Below, in pieces: positions 54,589 through 64,000 of a DNA stretch of 64,000 nt. Numbering within the stretch: position 1 is the stretch's first letter; the number at the start of each line of letters is the position of its first letter. The notes below the pieces were generated by a model. The model worked only from the letters and a program-made list of their open reading frames with translations. It was not told the origin of the DNA and did no database searches. The translations under genes and the position numbers were made by a program. This DNA comes from Blasia pusilla (taxonomy: Eukaryota), in the NCBI GenBank assembly GCA_050084515.1, contig CM114271.1, positions 24,676,001 to 24,740,000 on the forward strand. The letters run 5' to 3'.

Positions 54589-55397
54589 TCAAGCCGTCAG
54601 ACTTCGACAGGTTGGTTCTTAGTAGTAATCATTAACGATAGCAGCCACCCGTCAGAAGGCGACTGGTTGCGATAGGAACAACTTGCTCCCGTATTTGCAA
54701 ATCGTCAGACTCTGACGGATTTATTTTGGCTCTCTATTGAGTTTCCTGGAAACCCGTCGGAGTCCGACGGGTTGCACAATCTCGAGTGTAGCCATCCAAG
54801 TAGGATAGGCCATATAACCCATCAGACTCCGACGGGTTGCATGATCTTTATGGAATGAGTCTTGGTTGGGGTGGATGTGCAACCTTTCAGTCTCCGACGG
54901 GTTGCAAAGGCATGCAAAGCCAGACCATTCAAACCATGGCCTTTCTTACGGCACATGCAACATGTTGGAGTCCGACGGGTTGCAAACCACTCACAACAGG
55001 GCCTTTCTTACCGCATATGCAACCCGTCGTACTCCCACGGGCTGTAGGGCCAATCAAACTCGGCTCTCGAAACTACAGTTCGTGCAATCCGTCGAACCCC
55101 AACAGGTTGGAAGAGGAGGGACCTCTTGCAACCCATCGGACTCTATCGAAGTGCAAGAGAAAAAACTTGCCTTAGAATCCTCAACCACATGTAAATATAA
55201 TACCCGGTGTGGGTGGCTTTGCAACCCCTCGGTTTTTGACAGATTGAATTTTTGAATTTAGGGGCCTGGAGGTGCAACCCATTGGAGTCCAACAGGTTGC
55301 TACCCAACCTAGATTAACGCGGATGCAACCCGTCGGTTTCCGACCGATTGCACCGAGGAAGCTTTTGGAGCAACTGTCAAACTTCGACGGGTTGCAA
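54589..55397. repeat. Palindrome array 2 (~14 copies), in an intron of the methyltransferase gene
   Basis: Same consensus, for example at 54750, 54878, 54956, 55273 and 55324; spacers are variable. Confidence 0.92.
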
Positions 55398-57310
55398 ACA
55401 AGTGCCATTTTGTTCGTCTACTTCCAATCCCTCAGAAACCGACAATTTTATTGTTGTAAGTGTTCTTACTTCTCATTGATGTTTCCAACATCCTGTCGGA
55501 AGGGAATGTTACCCATCATTGGATCGAGGAATGCAACCAAGTGAGGAAGGTTCTTACAACGTACCCGTCGTAATACAAAGGATTCCTTGGAGAGGATTTG
55601 GTGGATGAGATGGTCGCAAAAGGAGCACAAATTAAAAAAATACTTGGGCCAACACATTCATTTCCCAAGATGCATTTGTTACGATTCTCTGTTGGCCAAA
55701 AATACAACCGGCAAAAAGAAGCGCGACACTCGAGTTGGAGCAGAGAGGGAATGTTTTGGATTCTTAGAGAGCGAAGTTCATTAAGGCTGTTGTGTCGGCG
55801 GCGATCATCTACCTCAAGGTTGAGGACGGTGATGCATCGGTTTATCGCCATCCTCAACCCCGAGCTCGGACGTGACTTTTACAAAGAGTTGAAGGCCATA
55901 ATCAAGCGACAACAAAGGAGGGACAAGGATCCTCGTGGACGGATTGTAGAGAACGTGTCATTGGATAGAGCTCACTTGTTCGCCCTCTCAAGGATTTCGG
56001 AATTTAGGCAGATCCAATTGATGAAGATCAGTCTAGTGGGAACAGAGGCATAGAACAAATCGGCACACCATCCCCCTGGGGTGTCGGACCTAGTCATTTC
56101 CCAGTGGCTACGAGAATGGTCCTTCTGGAATGCCTTGCGCTTACAAGGAAAGTCGATGATTGAGTGCCTTCAAGGCGACATGCAGAGAATTCAGCCTATT
56201 TCAGAGGAGACTAGCCTCGATTCGGCGGAGGAGTACAAATTGTGGTTGAATCACATCCGGGATAAGCCGGCAAAGAACCCCAAGTTCAAGACGATGTTCA
56301 AGAGCGATATTTTGCCGGAGGGAGATCTCGATGAGGAGATTGGCGACCCAAAGAAACGAGACTTTGAAAAAAAGAAGAAGGAGCTTCAAGATCAAGCCGC
56401 CGATTCATCCCGCCAACGAGCTGCACAGAGGATGGTGATCAAATTTTTGCCCTCCTGTGTGAACGTAGGAAGATGGAGGAAGTTCCCGGCGGCGCTCAAG
56501 CTATGGGCAAATACTCCGCATGGTGAAGGATTCTTCATGTACCACGTGGAGATGGCACTCGACATGAGCCCTTGGGAAGTGCTGATCAAACTGTCCAATC
56601 TGCTTGGACTTCAACGATCATCGAGGACGGCAACGGGAGGCCCCGAAAATGAATCTTATGGATTGCGACGTCACGGAGACCCCAACAAGCAGGCACCCCA
56701 CTCGCGAGAAGAAAAAGAGGGAGATAACGGGTTCCTCCAAGGGGGGGGGGAACAAGAATGTAGTCTAAACTCCCTCATTTTTGGGGAAGCACAGGGATGG
56801 AGCATCGAAAATTACTATCGCTACTGGAAGAACTAGAGAAGTTCTCCACATAGGAGTCCACGATGGCTTGGAGAAGCTGACACTCTTGGGATGAAAGCTT
56901 TTGCAAAACGGCCATGCCTCATGGACCGTCAATGGGGTACCTGAGGAGGTTGCACTTGACCTCCTCATTGTAGATCTACCGTCGGGGCTTAGATTGTGGG
57001 CAGAGAACCCATGCGACACAGCCCCAGATTGGAACATTCCCTTCACATATGACCAAATCGAGTTGATGTCCTCCTTTGCCAATGCGTATCAAAGTGACAC
57101 GTGATGTTTCCTTGTTCTCACCCGTGGTAGTGAGGATGAGCTCTTAAACTTGCAATGCGCGAAGCGATCATTGAAGTGGCAAACAGTGCAGTCTTGGGAA
57201 GTGAAGAACAACTACCGCTAAGGTCGACTACAAACCAAGTCTTGGTAAGTTCGAAAAAATTATGCAACTTTTTTCTTTTTTTTTCTCGCATCCTGGTTTT
57301 CATTTTTTCT

Positions 57311-57648
57311 TGCAACCCATCGAACGAGTTACACATTGATCCTAACAAGCCTTGTGCAACCTGTCGGAGTCCGACGGGTTGCAGACGGACTATGCGCACA
57401 ACCCGTTGGACTTTGGTGGATTGCAGCACCCACTTGTCGGGTTCTTGGGTGTGTCTAGCAATCCGTCGGATTTTGACGGGTTGCTGATAGGCCCTGTGAC
57501 TGCCTGTGCAACCCGTTGGAACCCAACGGGTTGCATATCCACAATTGGTGAGTAACCCGTCTGAGTCCTACAGTTCGGATCCCCCACTAAACGCAAATTG
57601 CCTCGGTGACATCTGACATTTGCAACCCGTCGGATTCCGTCAGGTTGC
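57311..57648. repeat. Palindrome array 3 (~7 copies), in the intron splitting the methyltransferase domain
   Basis: Same consensus, for example at 57355, 57507 and 57621, between the donor at 57245 and the acceptor near 57709. Confidence 0.9.
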
Positions 57649-58952
57649 TCCTAGAAGACTTCTTCCTCCCATTGATTCTTAGCTGATTTGTACGGTTCTA
57701 TTCTTTGCAGATCGAATACTATTACGTCTATTTTTTGTCAAACCAGAGCACGGTTTCGAGGTTTTTGAGGTACAGGATCCTGTTGATCCAGGTTCAGATG
57801 GATTCACTCTTACCAACCTCTTTAATTCATCCCCATAAATCGTCGTTGAGGAAGGAATGATTAGAGGGAGAGGAAAATCACCCGCACTCATGCATACCCT
57901 CATGGAGCTCTGTTCGAGGCCAGGTGATTTGGTGCTCGATTTGGTGGGTTTTTCTCGGGCAACTGTTAGAGTTGCTTGGCAGAGTGGCCAAAATATTCTC
58001 TGCCTTGAGTCTCGAAACACCTTGTTTGCACTTTTATCGGAGGCAAAGTCTGACTACGAGAGGGATATGGGCGTTTACAAGTCGCCTGCACGGATCAATG
58101 AACCTGCACTGGAGCCAGTGGTTGTGACGCCATCCTCACTACCAGTGATCCTAAAAATCGGAAGGGCAAGGCCACCGGTGATTCTAGAGGAGTTGTCAGA
58201 TGATGATGAGTGAGTGCATGTGCCTTGGATTTGAAGCGTTTTGGAGTTGACATGTGTTGGTTCTTGGGAAGTAGGAAATATTGATATCAATGGGTTTCCA
58301 TTTGCAGAAGCTTCAAAATCAGTTGTCGAAGTAGGCGTTGGGACTCTTCTTGTGTCACATGGGACCGATACGGGGTACCTAGGGGGACAAGGGTCTCGGA
58401 TCCTCCTTCCTTCTCTGTTCCAATCAACAATCACGTAGAAGAGCCTCTGACTAGTCTGAGAAGTCTCTTGTCGAGGAACCGGCAAGAGTTAGGAACATTT
58501 GTTAAGATGACGAGGCTGAAGAGATCATGGAATATATTTTATTGTTAAGGAAATCAAATGTAAATGACCGATTTGCAAATGGTTTTAAATAAAGTGGTTT
58601 TTTTAACGCAACCAATTCTCTTCATGCTTATGGTCTGATATTATTTTTTATCACATTTCAAAATTGAGGTGAGGCTTTTGTGCTTTTGTAATGTGTCGAA
58701 AATCGACGGGTTGCCTGCTGTCTTTTCACATTTACATTTTTCCTGGAAAATATCTTTTCCCATTTATAGTTTTCATGATGTTCTTTCTCTGTACCGAGAC
58801 CAATTTATTCTCTTCGTTTCTTTTGGTCTTGTATACGTGCTTTCTTGGACTCCTATCTTTGGTTTGAGGCGTTGGTAACTCATCTTATTCCAAAAGGTTG
58901 AAAACCACTCCAACCGAAGAGTAGAATCAATTTTTGCAGAATATCCAGTCTT

Positions 58953-59115
58953 ACAACCCGTCGGAGTCCAATGAGTTGCAAGATAATCAAAATGAGAGAC
59001 AATACAATCTTGCAACCCGTCGGATTTTGACGTGTTGCAAGAGGTGCAACCTGTCGGCTTCCGACAGGTTGCAAGGGATGCAACCTAAACCTGATGCAAC
59101 CTGTTGCAGGTTGCA
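58953..59115. repeat. Palindrome array 4 (~4 copies), downstream of the methyltransferase gene
   Basis: Same consensus at about 58953, 59011, 59045 and 59095. A lone copy also lies at 50325-50352 near the other end of the element. Confidence 0.85.
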
Positions 59116-62100
59116 ATAAGTTGTGGAGAATCCCATCTGATGGAATAGTATTGATCAGATGGGATATTTCATGCTTTTTTACATGAAGAGACCTCCTACC
59201 CAACATGGTGAGGATGGGAGTCCTACATTAACAGTCCATAATTTCAACCATATCTTTTGAGAAGTTAAAACGTAAAGGGCACATGAGTCTATTGACACCA
59301 TAGACAGAGTCTTTATTAGAACCTTTCATTGAGATCATTTTTTTTGTACTCATCAAATTATCTACCGATGGTCCTCCAACAACAATATCCCTCAATCGGC
59401 CTTACTATAGAGCTGGCTTAGACAAGCAATGTGAAGAAAATTAGGCTCACATGGAGAGTGTTGGAAGGATGTTTGCAGTGGTTCTTCTGATGTCATCTTG
59501 TTTTTCCAAGCCTGGAAGAAGAAGGTTAGTTTAGGCCCGAATGTGGTCTACTTGCTACTCTTCTCTAAAGATTTTTGAATTTGAAACCATCTTTTTTTTT
59601 CAAAAATGTCAAAAAGTTTTAAAGAAAGGAGGCGGATTCAACCTCTTTTTTTTTAATAGAAGAGAGACTCCCCTCTCTTCCTCTCCTCTCTTACTCTCTC
59701 CTGCTATAATACTAGCCCCCTCTTTGGAATATTGTGAGCTGAATAAGGTAACGGTGAGAAATAGTTACCCTTTTCCAAGGATTGATGACCTCTTCGATAG
59801 ACTATCAGGGGAAAACTACTTCGATAAAATTCTTTTAAAATCAAAATATTACCATATTCGGATTGCCGAAGTGGATGTGGAAAAGACTACGTGTAGAACG
59901 AGATATGGCTTGTTCAAGTTTGTGGTGATGCCCTTCGGTCTATGTAATGCGCCTCTAGCATTCACCACATTGATGGACTCCATTTTCCACGAGGAGACAC
60001 ATGAGTATGTGATCATCTACATAGATAATATACTCATCTATTCGAAGTCACTAGAGGAGCACACTCGACACTTGAGAGCGATGTTGTTGAAACTAAGGGC
60101 GAACAAGTTGTACGTGAAGATGGAAAAGAGTGAGTTCGGGTTGGGCAAGATCAAGTTCTTGGGTCATGTGGTTAGCAAAGATGGAGTTAGTCCAAATATG
60201 GACAAGGTGAAAGCCATCGTCGAGTGGAAACCGCCTTCCACAGTGAAGGGAATGAGGAGATTTATCAGCGCGGTGCCGTTCTACAGAACCTACGAAAGGA
60301 ATTTTTCGGGGTTTGTGAGATCTCTCACATCTTGGATTGCAAAGTATGCTAACACAACCTGGATCCAAGAAGTGAATGACGCGTTCAATCGAGTCAAGGA
60401 GATCCTATTGCAGGAGGTAGTGTTGAAGCTGTTGGAGTTCGACAAGCCGTTCAAGGTGCATACTGATGCTAGTGATTTTGCAATTGCAAGAATGTTGGTA
60501 TAGAAACGAAGACTTGTAGCGTACCAGAGTAAGAAGCTCAATAACACTAAGAGGAGATGGCCCACTCATGAGAAAGAGTTTTTCTTGTGGTCCATTGGTT
60601 GAGGAAGTGGCGTCACTATTTGGGACTTCACAGGATTTGAGTGTTCATCTAAAACGTATCACTCAAGTATTTTGAGACCGAGGATCGAGTGACACCGAAA
60701 CAACTGCGATGGCATGATACCTTGGCGTTGATGAATGTGGAACTGATCCACAAGCAAGGGAAGGATGATGTCATTCGAGATGTATTGAGTTGCAGGGATG
60801 AAGACATGCCATCGACAACACAGGTCTTGAGAGCAATGTTCCCTAAGGAAACAGATCTGGAAAGAAGGATTCGTGAGGGATACATGAAAGACATCCAGAC
60901 GAGTGAGTACCTAAGGAAGTTGAAGCAGGGTGAGAAGGTGGCCAACATAAATTTGAGGCAAGGTTTGCTAAGGTTCAAGCAGAGCAGGATCTATGTGGGC
61001 AAATGCAGATTGCGAACCAAGGTGTTAGTGGAATGTCATGACGGACCCTTGTCAGGACATAAAGGGGAAAAATTGACGTTGGCTGTTTTGGCTAAGAGGT
61101 TCTTCTTGCCCAACATGAGAGAGGATGTTGCTTAATATGTGAAGACCTGTGTGACCTGTCAGGCGAGCAGATTTTCTTATGGGAAGAAACAAGGCTTGCT
61201 ACAGCCTTTGCCAATTCTGGATGGACCCTTGTAGAGTGTGAGTATGGACTTCATAAAAATTATTCCAGAGTGTGAGGGATAAAACGCCATACTTATGATA
61301 GTTGATTGGTTTGGTAAGTTTGGGAGATTCGTGCCGATGGTGGATTAAGCGACGAGCTTACGACTTCTCGACTCTTCCTGGATAGTTGGTGGTGTGCGCA
61401 TGGGTTGCCTAGTTGCATTGTTTCAGATCAGGATCCAAACTTTACATGTGCCTTTTGGTAGCATTTGTTCAAGAGGTTCAAGACCAATCTGAGTTTTAGC
61501 ACGGCCTTCCATCTGTAGACAGATGGGCAGACGGAAAAGCTAAACTCCCTCGTGAAGCAGTTCTTAAGGAATTACACACAAGCAAGATTAAGCGAAGTGG
61601 CTGAGTATGTCCAAGTTCTCCTAGACCTCAACCAAGCATTCTGCAATTGGAGAATCTCAATTTCTCTTGGCTTATGGACGTGAGCTAGAAGAGCCCCTTG
61701 ACCTAGCCCTTTGAAGGGCACTACATCAGCACAGACTCGACAAGCGACGACAGAAGTTTTGTTAGCGGAGATGCGAGAATGGGAGGAGCGAGCAAGGAGA
61801 AACCTTTCAAAGTCTCAACCAAGGTCTGTGGAGCATGCTAACAAGAGCAAGCGCCAAGTGAGATTCCGAGCTAGGGAACAAGTGTGGTTCACTGTGAAGA
61901 ATCTCACTCTTCCGAAGGAGTTACCTCCGAAGCTATCTGCCAAGTATGCTCGATCCTATGTGATTAAGCAAACCCATTTGAGGACATGTATACCTTGGAG
62001 CTACCATAAGAGTTTAGGATACATCCCACTTTCCATCTGTCATTGTTGAAGAAGTATCTTCAAGATAATGAGCGTCTGAGCGCAAACAGACGTTGAGACC

Positions 62101-64000
62101 ACAACCAATAATTGTGAATGAAGAACCGGAGTTTGAGGTGGAGACCATTTTGCATTCGAGGCATAGGGCCAAAAAGTACAAGTACTTGGTCAAGTGGAAG
62201 GGCTACCATGTGAAAAAAGGGACTTGGATTGTGGAGGCAGACCTCGAACACGCGGAAGAGGTGTTGCAAGACTTCAAACGGTTGTAAGGGAAGCACATGC
62301 GTTAATTCACGGAGTAGCTAGGGACATGACTTGTGACCATAGGAAGCTTGGGCCAAAGGCCGTTGTAACTAGAGTAGGCTAGTGTTGCAATAAAGAAATG
62401 CATGAATTTGGAGATTCATTGCTTGTGTGGTTTGCAATTTGTCTTTGGTAGTGCATGGCAATGAGTAGTTCCTCATATGCTTAGGATGTAAGTCAAGATG
62501 ATAGACAAGGAGTATTTGAGGTGAGACCTTGTATTCATATAAGTACATAGAACATGGACAAGTGTTGAGTAACTAACACTTGGGTTTGCCCTAGCGTCGG
62601 CAAGGAAAATCACTTTTTCTTGGGGCTTGGGGTGATCTTACTCGTGAGTGCATGAGTGAACTTAGTGACGCGTCCAAGTCGAGTACAAGAGCGACCCAAA
62701 AGTAGTACGAATTGTGTATCGTGTAAACAGGCGAGATGTTTACGAGTTGTGAGCAAGAGAAGCCATAGGTAGCAAACTTAGTTAGCTTATTTGATAGGTT
62801 AGACCGGTTGAGAATCAGTCTACACTCTTCAAAGAGGAGATGCTAAATGATGCTAAGTGTTGCAAGCGATAACCTAAGACTTAAGCCAAAAGAGGAAGTG
62901 CGGGTTAGCTACCAGAACGCAATTCGATGTCAAGGGGTCGGCTTCCCCAAAATGACTTGACATTAAAAGGTTTGCGTTGATGAGGGCATCAACGCAAACC
63001 TCATAACCAAACGAGCACCAAGCGGAACATTTGAACTCTATCGGCTCATGCTAGGATGGTTTGCGCTTTGGAGTTAGTGAAACACAAGGGTGAGGCGCAA
63101 GTGTGGCGAGCATTTAAAATTTTTCATGCGTTTATGGTTGTGATTTAGGAAATCAAAACCAAACAAGGAACCCACACTTAAGAGAAGTTGAGTCTTGGAA
63201 GGAGACGTGGCCAAGGGGGGAGAACCGGACTTGGGATGCAACTAGCGTTTGGAGTTGTTGATTGTACTTTTGACCATAACTTTTAGTCCCAAGAAGCGTT
63301 TGGGACAACTAAGAAAGCGTTGGAAAGCTTATGCAAAGCTGGTTCCAATGCATTAAAGATATTGGCACATGCTTAAGCAAAAGCTAAGATATGGGCCAAA
63401 AAAATTTGTAGGGAGAGCTGATTGAGGGCCAAAAAGAGGGGTCCGAGTGCTCTTCTCCAAAGGTAGGGAGATTCCGAGAATCCCCAAAGTACTAGTAAGG
63501 AGGAAGGTCACGAAGGGTGCTTGGGACTCAAACCCCACTTTAGGCGCCGCGGGGCGACTCAAGGACACGGAATGGATCGAGGGTTTTGGCGAGTTGGGAT
63601 TTGAAACCCAAACCAAGTCCAGTAGAGTGGATTTCGGAGGTCCCTATTGGATTCCAACTCGCTACTCATATTGTTGAGTCTCGATTTGGGCTCTTGCGAG
63701 GTCCATTGGACAGTTGGGACGGCTACGCTCACGACAATCATGCCCAAGTTACTCTCCGAAGAGAGGTAATCCACACTCATTGGAAGAACAAGAAAGCCCA
63801 ATGCCATCCACTCAAGAGTAACAAGAGAAAACTTCAGAAATGAAGTTGAAGGTGATAAATTCCTGAAGGTCCCTTCACTTTATACACGAGGCTAATCCTA
63901 TCTTGTGCCACATGATTTCCTCTTAAGGCTTGGCCAATCCCATTTTGATAAAAGTTGATTACATGTTATCTTCTCCTAAAATATCCTCATAAACTCATTT

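Larger units (their letters stand above)
53351..58213 (+). pseudogene. Spliced ParB-like plus beta-class N6A/N4C DNA methyltransferase fusion pseudogene
   Basis: ParB-like segment I*QIQSEKDIDKLKQSL...YFFI*DDNHQFMA (54385-54414; compare DGxHR). Motif IV-like DLLIVDLPSG (56958-56987; compare DPPY), then IEYLL.LFFVK. The C-terminal KSPALMHTLMELCSRPGDLVLD...W.SGQNILCLE (57875-58009) resembles KP..L...S.PGD.VLDPFxGxG. GT donors lie at 53996, ~54549 and 57245, with an acceptor near 57709; multiple stops. Confidence 0.75.
45123..59719. mobile_element. Unclassified DNA element (~9.6 kb without the nested Copia) carrying ParB-like/methyltransferase and SWIM genes
   Basis: It cleanly interrupts the Gypsy RT frame and is flanked by an imperfect direct repeat CTCTTTGTGAAT (45111-45122) / CTCTTTGGAAT (59720-59730). 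Its GA-rich ends are imperfectly inverted (core GTAAGAG(AG)GAGAGGAAGAGAGG). No transposase recognised. Confidence 0.7.
42915..63736 (+). mobile_element. Chromoviral Ty3/Gypsy retrotransposon, degenerate, interrupted within RT
   Basis: PBS TGGTATCAGAG at 43025-43035, then gag with a zinc knuckle and protease NTGASHSF. RT is split between [13 protein letters not shown] (~45120) and YCELNKVTVRNSYPFPRIDDL (~59730). It continues with YIDN, RNase H TDASD, integrase and the chromodomain FEVETIL...YLVKWKGY (62093-62287). The LTR end at 43022 matches the end at 63736. Confidence 0.9.

Noticed and set aside
52059-59115. CRISPR array interpretation of the 29-bp palindromes with ~25-35-bp spacers
   Set aside because: The repeats are degenerate, spacing is irregular, spacers recur in array 1, the arrays lie in spliceosomal introns, and no cas genes are present.

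Overview
This is nuclear DNA from an intron-rich land plant. The transposon set (an RLE-type LINE and a chromovirus) suggests a non-seed lineage, but that is inference. I reconstructed three intact minus-strand host genes from GT-AG exons: TGD5 (8259-11454), a pectate lyase-like gene (16483-19508) and Cullin-4 (26156-34366). The rest is largely transposon-derived: two CRE/R2-like LINE 3' fragments, stacked LINE 3' ends in a (CT)n intron tract, two solo LTRs, a Helitron remnant, a CACTA end, and a 21-kb nest (42915-63736). In the nest, a chromoviral Gypsy is split inside its RT by a DNA element (45123-59719) that itself hosts a Copia. That inner element is the highlight. It carries a decayed, spliced gene with a ParB-like domain and a prokaryote-type beta-class amino-DNA-methyltransferase (N6A/N4C) domain. 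It also carries a divergent SWIM zinc-finger gene and about 40 copies of a 29-bp palindrome (TGCAACCCGTCGGAnTCCGACGGGTTGCA) confined to its introns and intergenic DNA. All domain calls come from reading motifs by eye; no database searches were run.
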